A stretch of DNA of 64,000 nucleotides from Hydrolagus affinis. Lineage: Eukaryota. The notes under the pieces were generated by a model that was not told the origin of the DNA, did not search any database, and saw only the letters and a list, made by a program, of their open reading frames with translations. How positions within the stretch are numbered: the stretch's first letter is position 1; each line of letters opens with the position of its first letter. Shown here piece by piece: positions 37,671 through 50,515 of the stretch. The stretch is from assembly GCA_012026655.1 (NCBI GenBank), contig JAAILG010000265.1:1-64000 (forward strand), written 5' to 3'. A program made the translations under genes and the position numbers.

Positions 37671-38760
37671 GCAGGTCAGACAAATGAAGGGATGGTGCGA
37701 GAGTGATGGAGAGTTAGTAATGGTTTTGTGTTTTTAACAGATAAACAAATCCCTGATGTTGACACACTTTAAACAAAGAGTTCCAAGAGGATGAAAGGGT
37801 TGATTTTTTTGCCGTGTCCTTCACATCAGTTGGTAAGCAGTTTTTACAAACAAGTTAAGCTTAACATAAAAGCCTTTCCTTTTCTCTGGTTCAGTAATGG
37901 AGTTGAATTAGCTCAAAAACATGTGTAATAATAGAGGTTTGGCATCAAAAGAGGCAAAGGAACTTCAAACAGCAAAAGTTTCATGTAGGAGCAGTACTCA
38001 AGGGTTGTAGCTCAGCTTTTAGTCCAGTTACTTTGAAGGGCTGAATGGGAACAAACAAGCATCATCACAGATGAACTCTGTAGCCAAAGTTACACACAGC
38101 TAGGATAAAAAGAAACCAGTTTTGACTCTGGTAAAATAGAAAAAGGCAATGGTATCGCTGTACTCATTACCCATGCCCACAAGGTGCTTCAGAGATCAAT
38201 ATCATTAATGGCAACACAGACTTCAAGACCACAAGAGAAACCTCTTTATAAACATATCCTGGGTAAGTGTACTTCAGAGAGAGCTATGTACCCTTGCATC
38301 CTTAGAGTGCACTATGCATTACAGGTCTCAAGGTAGCAAGCTGGAAATGCATGGTAAAAGTTTTTAATTGGTTCAAAGGTCAAGTGATGAGGCTAATTTA
38401 TTTTTGATCCGTGGCTGTTCTCCAGAATGAAAGAGTACTAGAGGTACCAGAATTGGGAACCAAACGGAAGATACATGAACTTTGCTCACATCCTTATTTT
38501 GTCATCACCAGAACAATTAAAAAATGTTTCAACAAAAGAAATAATTGATATTCTGAAGTACAGTACAATGAATTTGTCGGTCTAGCGTGCAAGCTGATCC
38601 CCTACCTCATCTTGTTGCAACTGCTCCTGTCAACTGTTTCATCTCTTCTGTGTGGAAACCAGCAAATATTGTACCTCTCCACCAAAAGGCATCAACGTCA
38701 GACTCAATCACTGCAGATCCTGTCAAAGTTTGTAGAGAAGTTGTAGAGAAATATAGGGAG

Positions 38761-38898
38761 AATTAACATTTTTATAGTGCCCTGTCATAACAAAACATTT
38801 ACAGTAATTAAGATCAAGTTTAGTCACTATTTTTGCAGGCAAACTTGGCAGGACTTTACACACAGCAAGTTACCCAAACAACTATGAGGTCAATGACT
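38761..38898 (-). mobile_element. DeuSINE 3' part, decayed
   Basis: catttttatagtgccctgtcat...gtcactatttttgcaggcaaacttggcagg...cacagcaagttacccaaacaac. Confidence 0.5.
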
Positions 38899-40289
38899 CA
38901 AGGAGAATGCTATCTTACCATTCCTTATAACTCATTGATCTTCTCTGTACAGTTTTAATGCACTGATTCAGTAAAAATTTAGTAAAAATATGTTATAAGT
39001 ACTCCTGTTATACTGAAAATTGGAGTGGACAGCTATAGAAAATGAGCAACTTTTGAAGCTCAACAGTAATATTCTAGACACAACATAAAACATCACAATG
39101 TTAAAATTGTCTTGAATTATTTATTTATTCCTGCCAACCAGCATTGTGGGGAGGGAGTTGTGCTGGTGAAAAGAGTAGCTTTAGAATATTTCACTACGAA
39201 ATAATCTACATTATTTTGACTTGTGAACAATGAAGACAGGATTTTTGTTGCATTCTACAGCTGATTAGATTTTAATGGGAAATACGTGAAGGTACAAAAC
39301 AATACAGAAGTACTTTATTAACCTTCAGCAATCATCTCTTTTCCTTTAATATCCAGTTGCTAGGACACCAAAGCACTATTCCGTGATTTAACCTCCAGCA
39401 GCATCAATGCTGGAACATTTAAACAGCTGAAACAGGTCAGTGTGAGGAGATAACTTCATGAATTACAAGAGTTATTGTTTAATGTGGCTGACAAAACCAG
39501 ACATGCTAGCGTTAATTGCGGTTCATTTATAAATGTACAATGGAGTAAAGCTTAGGCTCATACTCTTTTGAAATTTCTATGGATATTCTGCTCTATTTGC
39601 TCACTGTATCAAATTAGCTGAGATGTATGAGTCTATTCCATTCAATTCGCTACCTTCAGCAAAATTGTCGCTCTTTGCCTATAATGTTGTTTTACTTACA
39701 ACTCAAGTTTATTCTTTGCAGTAATTTATAAACCCACATTGCCACATCCCAACTTTAGCCAATAGAATTAATAGTACAGATCACACTGACACCGAAAAGT
39801 TACTTCCTATGTTCAGAAGAAAATAACTCCCTATATTCTCTGCTTACCACAGTTGGTGGCCAACTGATCTTTTCAAGTTGTTTGTATCAGATAGAGATGT
39901 GCATTGTCTTTTACGGTAAGTGAAAGAGCCATTATATATCCTTTCATTGGCAACCACCAATTATTTTTAAATTGGTGTCAATTTGGAAATACAACTATGT
40001 GATACAGTTCACCTACTCTCTGCCTTGTTACACAAGGTGCTAATCGTAAGGTAACTAAAGGTGCTATTTCCCTTTCTGATATGCAACAACAGGCGCTTAG
40101 TCATACCATGAAAACACAGTTGAGATTTCACTTCCAGGCTGATCCAGATCTACACATGTAAAATGAGTCCACATTGCTACAGCAGGATATAAACTCATAT
40201 AAGCTTAGGTTCTGTCTAGTTTTTTAATTTCTTCAGGGTTGAAGAGAATAACTTTTGTGTCGCACATGTCCTGTAGATATTTAATAAAG

Positions 40290-40455
40290 AATAAATTGGT
40301 CACTTCAATTCGAGACTGTTTGTGGAACACTGCTGTGCGCAATTGGCTGCCCCCAAAATATAGTCAATTCACTTTACAGTATATTTTGTGAAGCTCTTTG
40401 AGACGTCTAGAAGTCATGAAAAGTGTTGTATATTGTGCAAGTATTATTATTATTA
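40290..40455 (+). mobile_element. SINE 3' part
   Basis: aataaattggtcacttcaat...tgtttgtggaacactgctgtgcgcaattggctgcc...gtgaagctctttgagacgtctagaag...(TTA)n. Confidence 0.85.
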
Positions 40456-41012
40456 ATTGTGAAATTTCTGCTGCTGTGCAATGTACTGATGTTTGCAATA
40501 TGCATTTAGTGGTGGAAAATGTCATGCCCTTAAAAATCTCGATAACATATTTAATTGATATCTACCCATTTTAGATTTTTAAGTGAAATGGTAGATCTTT
40601 AACTGGACCAGAACCTTGATTTCTAAAGAAAAGTGATGTGATAGAACGTTTTACATCCCTTAAAATACTTAACTTGGCTTCATTTAGTTGGCTGCAGCTA
40701 ATGTTTCTCTCTGAAGTAGTAGCAAGGGCTGTATATCCATCTGATTTCCCTGGCATCCCCACACAGTTCTGATCAGAAATGAAACTCATGATATGGGGAA
40801 GAAAAACATTTCAGCCCTTCTGTGCGGACTGGAAATTATCATGGAATTAAAATAACCTTGAAATTAAAAAGTAGGAAACTGGCCCAGAAAGGGAACATAA
40901 TGAAATAAATATAACCTGCCAAGTAATACTGTATATAAAGAATGTCAACATTTATGAATAGTTTTCTGGGTTTTTTTGGTGTGTTCAAAAAGCAAATATG
41001 ATTCTAAAAAAA

Positions 41013-41155
41013 AATCTTTGCATTTCTTCAAGTGCCTTTCATGGCAGGAAGGCATCTCAAAACACATCACACAAAATTATTATAATGTGTAGTGACTGCA
41101 TGTTGTAGGAGAACAAGACAGCTAATTCACCTAAAGCAACGTCCCACAAACAGCC
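41013..41155 (-). mobile_element. DeuSINE 3' part
   Basis: tctttgcatttc...gtgcctttcatggcaggaaggcatctcaaaacac...agcaacgtcccacaaacagcc. Confidence 0.7.
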
Positions 41156-42009
41156 ACTCCAAATAAACACACTGCAGTACTGGTATTTTGAATAGATTTC
41201 TTTGGAGAATCTTATCACTCAGCTATGTTTTGCAGCTGAATATTTTGTATTTCTGTAATATCTTTGCCCTTTCTATTTGGAAAACTACTTTTTTAAAATG
41301 TAGTTTTTCTTTCTTTATCTTCCAAATGATTTTACATTACACTGCAATTTATTCTGATGATGGCTTATTGCAATGGTACAAAATTTAAAGGGAAACTATT
41401 TTTTCTGAAAAGCTAGGCCATTATGTATGCATTAATCCTTTAACCTGAATTTCTTTCACACTGTGACAAAACAGACATTTTCCATCACCTAATATCTATT
41501 AAGAACAGTTTTCTATAACAGTACAGTGGTAAGAATTGCAAGATGGAAGGGTGAGAGAGTCACAATGGTAAAAACATTTATGTACTCATTCAAGCAGATT
41601 GAGATCTTATATTGAGATGCGAATGAATGGAGATCTCAAATTTTCAATCCTGAAATGGTTTGAACTCTCCCTCCATTTCTTTTTAATCCCCAGTCTAAGA
41701 GATGTTCGTGTTTCTCTTCCATACAGAAAGCATTCAGACAGAATGCATAATGGGCACTCCATTTAAACAGACATGCAAGAGTTTGCACTATTGGAAACAT
41801 TCATTGGCTACTGAAAAATCCTTCACATCCTCACATATCTGTTGGAGCCAATTCCAACTCTGGTTCAATTGTGTAAGAATATGTATGAATCAATCGGCAT
41901 TCACTTCCAAACAGAAGTTCTACAAACCCAGTCTTTTGTTTTGCCTGCCTTGTCAAGATTGGTGAACTCCATCGAACATTAACAAATTAATCTTGTGGAA
42001 AGGGGAAGT

Positions 42010-42059
42010 CATCCTGACGTGAAAGGCTCTATACAAGTTTAATTTTGTTGTTGTTGTTG
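42010..42059 (+). mobile_element. L2 3' tail only
   Basis: catcctgacgtgaaaggctctatacaagtttaattttgttgttgttgttg. Confidence 0.8.
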
Positions 42060-43342
42060 AGAAAGATGGGAAGAGGTCACTGATATCATCCAGCTAACAT
42101 CCCCTCAGATCACACCTTCTATGTGTAAATGAAGGAATGGTGCAGGCCACAGTTCTGGAGAATCAACAGCTTATACTGCTTGAAATCAACCGGTAGAAGT
42201 TTCCACAACAAGCAATCTGCAAAGTGAATAAGGGAGGGGGACGATTTATTTTTAAATTTATTATTTTTTTTCCATATTTCACCATGGTGAAGATTGTTTT
42301 TCTTTTAGAAAACATTTTGTTGGGTGCAGCTCAATTCAATTTTGCAACTTTTTATGACTACTTTCAAAAATTGTCAGAAACTCCATAGATGCACAATTAC
42401 GGCATGTGAAAGACAAAGTTCATGTGGCGAAGGCCCATTAGCAAAACATTATGGACCCATTAATGTGCAGCTGTAACAACAAAATATGAAACTAAATCAC
42501 AAGTTGAGAGGAACGATTTCCCCTGCATTGATTTAGACAATCATGAGTGCAAAAATGTGCCTGAGTGTTTTTGATATGAAGGGATTCTGTTATTTTAGAA
42601 CACAGTATTGTAAATATATCTTTTTAGTTCATTCTCAGCATTGGTATGTATAGATTGATTCTGTAATTGTTTCATAAAACATTCGGAAGTACACCATGGA
42701 TATCCATCATATACAGTTTAAAAGAAAAAAACTAAAGGGTACGGAAAGAGAAAGAAACCACAATTAGTATGTATTGCTGCTGTGGATGAATTAATCACAA
42801 TGGGTTCAAAGAACAAAATGTCTAATTCTTCGCTCTAATTGTCTATGATTTGAATATCTGCTGGAAATCGAGTCTGCCTGGCTCATTGGTGGTGCTCTTT
42901 GCTGCCATTTGTTATAGGAACCACAACTGGTTTCATTCTAATCTACTATCTGATCCTTGTGATTGCTTAAAGGGATGGGAGAATATATCCCTTTATATTT
43001 TCATCTTCAAAAGGGATAACAGGGTTCCATACTTTTTGCTGCAATGGATCTGTTATTATCATCATGCAAACCATATATATATGTGGAATCTGCACCCATT
43101 ACAATAAGTGTTATTGAAGGAGCATCGATACAAACTAAAGTAATACACTAAAACTTGGGTTCGCTTATAGCACAATTGGGGTTGTGACAATTGCATACCA
43201 CAAAATCACAATATTCCATTTAGAGTGTTTTCAAACATTGCAATTTGAAGCATGATGCATGCTGACTGGTTTTGTGCATTTGACCTCATGGTCATAACTT
43301 CCCTTGTCTTTGTAATAAACACAAAGAAGCAAAGCATTGATA

Positions 43343-43557
43343 TGCCTAATAATAATCCCTCAAAAAAAAACAATAATAAATTGGTCATTTCAATCAACAA
43401 CTGTTTGTGGGACATTGCTTTGCGCAATTGGCTGCCGTGTTTCCCCACATATGTACAGCCAATTCACTTTGCAGTACATTCTGTGAAGCACTTTGAGATG
43501 TCTAGAACATGTGAAAAGCGCTATATCAAATTCAGAGATTCTTCTTCTTATTATTAT
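43343..43557 (+). mobile_element. SINE lacking the tRNA head
   Basis: tgcctaataataatccctc-(A)n-caataataaattggtcatttcaatc...tgtgggacattgctttgcgcaattggctgccg...gtgaaaagcgctatatcaaat. Confidence 0.88.
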
Positions 43558-44184
43558 ACAGTATGTACGTTTAAAAACCATTATAATGACACAGAACCAA
43601 ATCAGTGATTTTTTTTCAAATCGCATTTTTTTTGCTACTATTAGAATACCAGGATTCTTAAAAAAAATCACTTTGCATTTGCATTTGTAAATGATTTATA
43701 GCCAACAAAACATTGGCAGATAGAAAGTAATTACCATTCGGGTTATTCTGGCTAAAAGCACAATGATGTTAAAAATGGCCAGTGATCAGAGTTAATCCCA
43801 TTGTTAAACAGTTCCAACTATTATTTGCTATGTGAAAAATTGCTTCGAACACTGAACAATATGGCCAGGCCTTTGAAACAAAGGAAAAAAGATGTTGAAT
43901 CCAGGTAGGAAATGTACTCCCAGCTGTGCTATATTTTCAGAGTGCTCAACAAACCTTCAGAGAATGACACACCAGTGCAGCTTGAGGGAGTACAGAGAAC
44001 CTCCCAATACTCTCGTGTATTCTCCAGTTTACTTGACGATTCTCTTTGATGCAGCATTGACATCTGTTCAGTTTTTTTTTACTACTTTGGTAAGTTGGGA
44101 TCAGTCTATCGTCCCTTGTTGTTCAGAACCAGCATCACATATTCCTGATTTTTCTGCAGGTAATTTGAAATACCGACATGAAAC

Positions 44185-44311
44185 AGCACACCCCCTCCCT
44201 GGCACAGTTTTGCTTTCTGCAGCATACCCCACACCCCCATCCCTGCTCTGTCAGCGCTTTGAGATGTCCTCCCGATGTGAAACGGGCTATGCAAATGTAA
44301 TATTGTTTGTT
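44185..44311 (+). mobile_element. L2 3' UTR and tail
   Basis: C-rich stretch then cagcgctttgagatgtcctcccgatgtgaaacgggctatgcaaatgtaatattgtttgtt. Confidence 0.7.
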
Positions 44312-44399
44312 CAATCCTTTCAGAGGTCACTAAAGGATTTAGATCTCTTTTAATTATTATCTAGCTCAAGTTGAAGAATGTTTAGACACAGAAATATAG

Positions 44400-44775
44400 A
44401 ACAACAATAACAACAACAAAATTACACTTGTGTAGCACCTTTCACATCAGGAGGACATCACAAGGCGCTGGTTGGGAATGGAGAGGGTGGAGGGAAGTGG
44501 GGTATTAGGGGGGATCCAATGCGGCCGTCAAAGTGGAGAGTCTTGAGGTGGGACTTGAAGGAGGCTAGGGAGTGGTGAGGCGGAGGGACTGCAGTATGAA
44601 ATTCCAGAGGTTAGGGGCAGGGTGGCTGGAGGCTCGTGTGCCAATAGTGGGGCGGATGGATCTGGGGACATGGAGCAGGCTGGGAGGGTGGGCAGGTTAG
44701 GAGATTGCAGAGATAGGATGGGGCAAGGCCACAGAGGGCTTTGAACGTGAGGACCAGGATCTTTAATTGAAAGGT
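44400..44775 (-). mobile_element. 5'-truncated L2 LINE (ORF2 C-terminus, 3' UTR and tail)
   Basis: Minus strand translates, with one frameshift, to KILVLTFKALCGLAPSYLCNLL / LLHVPRSIRPTIGTRASSHPAPNLWN...SFKSHLKTL, the L2 ORF2 C-terminus; ends in stem-loop plus (TTG)n. Confidence 0.9.
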
Positions 44776-45270
44776 AAGACTCAAACCAGGTGAGAGCAGG
44801 TCCATGAAGAACAATGCTGGGAGAAGATATATTAGAAACCTAGAGATCTTTGGAATCTAAATACAGAGCTTTTGATATCCAATGTTCAGACATTATAGAT
44901 ATCATCTATAGAGACAGGTTTGCTTTAGTTTTCCTTCATTTGCCTTGCGAACTTTTTAGCACTTTTCTTTACTACAAGACTGCTATCAGGAGATGGCAGA
45001 AGTATAATTGTCTGTATTCATTATTTTAACATATTCATTTAGTTCACAACGGTTTTATTGATCAGCGCATGGAACCATTATTGCGTACTATGAAACACGA
45101 GGCCAATCTTTGCCTTAGAGGATCAGCCAATTTTATATTATGTGGCATGCAGGGAGGATTGAAAGCTAAACAGGTGAAATTGTAAACTGTTGACATGGAA
45201 TTGATCTTAAGGTCCCTTAAGTCAGTCGCTGCCTGGTCATCACCAGTGATAAGCGATTATTTGCTTATCG

Positions 45271-45333
45271 GAGCCTTGGGATGTCCTCCCTACGTGAAAG
45301 GCACTCTATCAATGTAATTTTGTTGTTGTTGTT
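45271..45333 (+). mobile_element. L2 3' tail only
   Basis: gagccttgggatgtcctccctacgtgaaaggcactctatcaatgtaattttgttgttgttgtt. Confidence 0.8.
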
Positions 45334-45362
45334 ATCAGGTGCCAAATCCAAACAAAAAGAAT

Positions 45363-45412
45363 GCAACATGAATTTCCATTTCATATAGTAGTTTTCACAC
45401 TGGGAGGACATT
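45363..45412 (-). mobile_element. L2 3' tail only, decayed
   Basis: catttcatatagtagttttcacactgggaggacat. Confidence 0.5.
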
Positions 45413-45740
45413 GTACAGTTTACATACAGTAGTTCTTTCAGAATGTTTTTTTTTCCTTCATGAAGAATCATTGTAGAATTTCTAGTAACCTGGGGATACT
45501 CTATCTTATAAGTACATTGAATCAGTTGAGTTCCCTGTAGGTTGGCGATAGGTTGTGAGATAGTCCTGGCTACTGGCTTGCATTCTTATTAAAAAATTCC
45601 ATCAAGAAAGTTAGGGTTTAAAAATAAAAACCTTTGGAGTTACTTTTTAAATTAATTATCCAGCAGTCCTATCTGATGATCATGTCTTTTTTGCAGAAAA
45701 ACAGCTCCTCAAAGACACTTATTGTGGAATGTCTTTTGTA

Positions 45741-46036
45741 GTAATAACAATCCTTGCATTTGATATAGCGCTTTTCATGTCTTCTTGACGTCTCAAAGCA
45801 CTTCACGGAATATATGTAAAGTGAATTGACTGTATTTTTTTTGTGGATGAAATGCGGCAGGCAATTGCTCACAGCAGTGTCACAAACAGTTGTGGATTGA
45901 AATAACATTTTTTTTTTTAGGGATTATTATCAGGCATATGCATAAAGGAAACTTGCCCAAGATTTCACTCGGCCTGGAATTGAACCCAGGTCTCCCGATT
46001 GCAAGGCGAGTGCTCTAACCACTGACTCCACAAGGC
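45741..46036 (-). mobile_element. Full-length (~295 bp) tRNA(Ala-like)-derived SINE
   Basis: Minus-strand A box TGGAGTCAGTGG (46019-46030), anticodon-like loop CTTGCAA, B box GGTTCAATTCC (45976-45986); Deu remnant; L2-type tail gaaaagcgctatatcaaatgcaagga. Confidence 0.9.
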
Positions 46037-47251
46037 TTGATGGTTAGAATCTGCAAAAGTAACTGTGTTGTGCTTTCCATACTCACAGCATTGCTGTAGC
46101 ATTGCTTTTCATGCTACGTTTATGCTGTTTGTTTCCACCAGGTAAAAAATCCATTTGTCTCATTTTTGGTTTGAAATTAATGATCAACTTCCCTTCTCAG
46201 CAGTCCATTCCTGGCACCAAATCACAAAACAAAGTGGTGGTGGGTGGGGGAAGAACACAATACTATTTAGAAAGTTATTAAATCCATATCTATCTGGCTG
46301 AAACAATGAAACAAATAGTGTCATGAGACTTTCATTAATGTTTCAATATTAATGATACATGCCATATTTAAAATCGCTGGCTGGTTTCCGAGTATTGAGC
46401 CAAGTGAATAAAAGATTTAATACTTAATCGTTCTTTCATCTGAAGAAATATTTTTGGAGTACTTACTCCTTCCATTAACTAGTTCATTTAATTTTTTGCA
46501 GTAATGTTATTACAGCGACGTTTATTTTTACTGTAATGTAAGTGTGATTCAGGTTCAACAGGCTAGGTTAAGGCAGGGTTAATGGGAGGCTGGACGTATG
46601 GTTACATTTGCAAAAACACTGTTTTAGTTTCTAATAATAAAATGCCACCATCAGTTAATCCCAAATCTATTAATAGAGTACATGGGTCCTAGTCCTGTTA
46701 GTTTCTTTTGATGATAAAGCAAAAAAACACTGGCATTTCATTTCAATCTTTGCCAATATAAATGGGTCCATAATAGGCATGAACCAAAATAAACATTCTA
46801 CCCTAGATGCATCTTGTTTAGTTGAAATGACCCTACCACTTCCTTCAAAACAAATGAATTTCTCACTAGTTGCAGAATTAAGTTGGATTTCCTTATATTG
46901 AACCAGCAGGATTTGGTGTGGGTTTTCCCTTGAGGTTTAGCATACTTTTATAAAGTATTTCCAAATGCTGCTCTTGGGTTAACCTTGGTTGAAAAATGCT
47001 TGGTGTTCCAACAGGTGGAAACACTTAATCTGAGCCTCTCTCCATCGTGAGTCAAGGGAGGAACATTCCACGACTGGCAAAGCACCATTGTAATACAGCA
47101 TTGAAAATGTCTCGATTTTTTTCGGAGGCAAAAGTACCCAAAGATGCGCAAAATGCATACCATCCAACGTTCTTTATTATTAAAGCAAACAGGCGATGTC
47201 AATGGCTAGAAGATAGGAACTCAAACAATCTGTAAAGCAAAGCTCAAGTTA

Positions 47252-47297
47252 CTCCTGATGTGAAAGGTGCTATACAGATGTCATTTTGTTATTGTTA
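47252..47297 (+). mobile_element. L2 3' tail only
   Basis: ctcctgatgtgaaaggtgctatacagatgtcattttgttattgtt. Confidence 0.7.
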
Positions 47298-48132
47298 TAT
47301 AAAAATACACCATTTACAACTTTTGTTTGTGTTTTAACTTTGTAAATCATACCCAGGTTTTACAGAAACTGCAGAGAATGACATTGCATTTTCTATTCAT
47401 CAGAGACAATATTTTACCATGTTAAAAGATACCAACCAACAAAAATATAAGTTGGAATGTGTCCCGTTTCTATGACAACTCATGCCCAAGTGTTCTGTGA
47501 CAGACTCCAGTGCTGTACAGAATGTCTGCATAGAGTGAAAGACTTATTGTACTGTGCATTTCCAAAGAGGCAATATGCTTTATAAACTCATTCAGTTCTG
47601 TTCATGCATTAAATGCTGAATCCGGTGTTTCTCCTCAACAGATTTTTTAAACTTTGTTGGAAGCAATTCTGAACTAAATTGCAATATACAGAGCATGGAG
47701 AATGCTATTCTTCAACACTCCTACCAGGCACTGAAACTGGCTCATGTCTTGCAATGGGAGAGTACTTCATAAGTGTACCCTAAAAGTTATTCTATATGTT
47801 GCGCTAGTACACATGTTTTGTACACTGATCCACCCTCAGATTGCAAATCAAAGTAATTTATGGGTTATTACATGCAGTACTTGTCTTATTTGTCACAAAT
47901 AAAATGGCAATTTCTTCATTGTTGCTCACATAGCAGCTTGGGTGTCTTTTATCCAAAGATATTTTGCTACAGGGTTACATGTTATGTATTTTAAAGTTCT
48001 TTTAAGAACAGAAGTAAGTTCATTACCATACCTTTGCACCTATTACCCATATACACTGTATTGGTATTTATTTCCCACTGATCTGACACAATTGTTATGT
48101 ATTAATAGAACAAATTCATTAGAGCCACAATG

Positions 48133-48182
48133 ACAACAACAAATTGCACTTATATAGCGCCTTTCACATTGGGAAGACATCC
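48133..48182 (-). mobile_element. L2 3' tail only
   Basis: acaacaacaaattgcacttatatagcgcctttcacattgggaagacatcc. Confidence 0.8.
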
Positions 48183-48406
48183 AGCATTTGTTTGTTGTGT
48201 TGCGGTGCTGGGTGGGAGAGCTTCCTATGGAACTGGAGTTCAAGTTGTTAGCCTTAAGAAACATACCTGAAGCAAAGGCCAATGTATTCTTTGCGCTCTT
48301 GTTAACTGTGATTTCACACAGTCCAAACCACAAAACAGTCAGCAAGGGATGTTTTTAATTGATGGGTGTGGTTTGTAGGATGTCATAAGGCCACCTTCAC
48401 TCTCAA

Positions 48407-48910
48407 ATTGATCCTAGCGAGTCTCTAAAGGTTGGCACGGAGCAAAGGAAAAGAAACTCTTAAATTCAGCAAATGCCGATAATGAGCTATCATTACTCAA
48501 ATTACTCAGAACACTGATTAGGTTTTAAGTAATGAAGAGGCCAACATGATCAATCATAATCTAGCCTTAGCTTGTCAATATACATTGAAAGGTTAGGCGG
48601 TGCATACATGTCTAAGCAACGTCAGCAAAAATAAATCTTTCTGTCTGTTTGCAGGGGCACTGTGAAGCTCTGTATACTACAGGATTGATCCTATAAGGTC
48701 CCTAAAGGTTGAGGAGTAGGAGAGCATAAAAAAACTCTTAAACTTGGCAAATGCCGATAATGAGCTTTCATTACTTAAATTGCTCTGAACACTGATTAGG
48801 TTTTATCAGGCGAATACGGCGACATGATCAATCATAATGCAACCTCAGATTGTCGATGTACATCCAAAGGTTAGCCAATTCTAACAGCCTCCGCCAGTGT
48901 CAGCAAAAAT
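48407..48910. repeat. Diverged direct tandem duplication of a ~225 bp non-coding unit (period ~277 bp)
   Basis: Copy 1 48407-48632, copy 2 48684-48910; 74-bp core 48454-48527 vs 48732-48805 identical at 67/74 by manual alignment; both start attgatccta and end gtcagcaaaaat. Confidence 0.92.
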
Positions 48911-50249
48911 TAGTCAAACTGATCAAAAGCTGGCATTCGTCCTCCCGAGAAAATTAGTGAACAATTGAAATACTAGTGTCCAAAAATCACTAATTCAATT
49001 TTTAAAAAAATCAACTGATCACATAGGTGTTAGGACCACAACTTTGTACCCTGAGAATAATAAAATCAGAATGCTTGTTACGTGACAACTAGCACATCAT
49101 TTTCCAATGAATGGGTCATCTGCAAATAAAGCAATGAGACACAAGTCGAAATGATTCCAGAGTTTGTAATTGCTTATTCCGCTAAGTCTGATTTTTTCCA
49201 AAAAACTAACCTTTCCTCTTTGTAAATGGATAACCATTTAAATTAAAATTGGATTGTTTTATGCCCCTCTTGTCCTTGAGCGATGAAAATGTAAACTTTA
49301 TTCTCATTTAAAAGCTGGAAATTCAATCTTCTTTTTGTACACTGCCCATTTGAATAAGTCGACAGAGCCTCAGAACTCTCCGGCTTTATTGTTTGACTTG
49401 ACAGTAATAATACTCGAGCTGAAATTGTACATGCATTCACTAATTTAGTGATTATTTACATGGCAGCAGGCCGAAATGTTAGCAAACAGATGCTCCCATA
49501 AAAGAGAAATGGAATAAAGGCATTCACTGCATTGTTGAATATTATTTTATACCTTTTTTGTGTCATAAGTGGGCCCATTGCACCCTTCCATTTCCCTGCA
49601 CATTTATAATTCATGCTCTGTAATAGCTCCAAATATTTTTTTGGGCAAAACTCAATGTTTGCCAGTTTGAGCTGACAAAACGCTGAGCACGAAATGCACA
49701 CATGGTGAGGTGACAGGGAGCTGACCCCAGACTTCTATGCAGCAGCAGTGACACACTTTTCTGTTATTCTTGTACAATACAAATTCATATCTGTGCAAAA
49801 ATCCTGTAAACCTGCTTTCTTGACTGTGGATTTAGCAAGCAATACAACTCTTATAATTTCATTGCTAGGATTAATTAAAACACCCAGCTGCACAGGTCCC
49901 CTCTAACCATTACATTTTGACAGTCGCGCTGTCCCACTTGCTGACTCGACCTACTCTGGGGATCTTCAGTCTTCCCATGCACATTTAAAAGTGCTCACAG
50001 CTAAGCTGCAAATAAATAATTCTAATGTCCAGAATGTCAAATGCATGCATTTTTCCCGTGATGAAATAATAGTGTGACAATAAATAAAATTTCAAATAAT
50101 ACTCCTAAACAATAAAAGATGCAGCTTTTAATTTGTGCCCGTTTGTAAATTTGACTTTTCTGGAGTGAAAGCTTCAAATCAATTCTAATCATGGTCTGTA
50201 TTTTGTACGCTGCTGTTTCTTGCAGAATATGTTCTATTGTGTTTGTATA

Positions 50250-50354
50250 TTCACCCATAAAAATATAGTCACATCACTTTACAGTAAATCCTATGAAATG
50301 CTTTGAGACCTCCACCTGACCTGAAAGGTGTTAAATCAGGTGTAAAGATTATTG
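50250..50354 (+). mobile_element. SINE 3' tail
   Basis: cactttacagtaaatcctatgaaatgctttgagacctccacctgacctgaaaggtg...gtaaagattatt. Confidence 0.7.
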
Positions 50355-50515
50355 TAACTAGTATTACCACTGATTTAATTAAATCAATAGGCCCAGGGGC
50401 GGGTGATGAAATTCACCCTTTTCTGTAGGTCATGATCAGAAATCAAAGCTGATTCAGTGGGATTGTTGAAGTCATAGCATAGTTAGCTTGACAAGTATGT
50501 AGCACTGTTCTATAT

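Noticed and set aside
43892-44353. Longest ORF in the track (153 aa)
   Set aside because: No recognisable domain; its 3' part reads through an L2 3' UTR and tail
45966-46036. Possible tRNA-Ala(TGC) gene
   Set aside because: Stems are imperfect and it runs directly into SINE body; the same head appears at ~29700-29769 and ~52760-52821
48454-48805. Coding interpretation of the tandem duplicate (KLLNSANADNELSLLKLL, several third-position differences)
   Set aside because: In-frame stops in both copies in this + frame and in the corresponding - frame, and no consistent splice sites; a very old coding origin cannot be fully excluded
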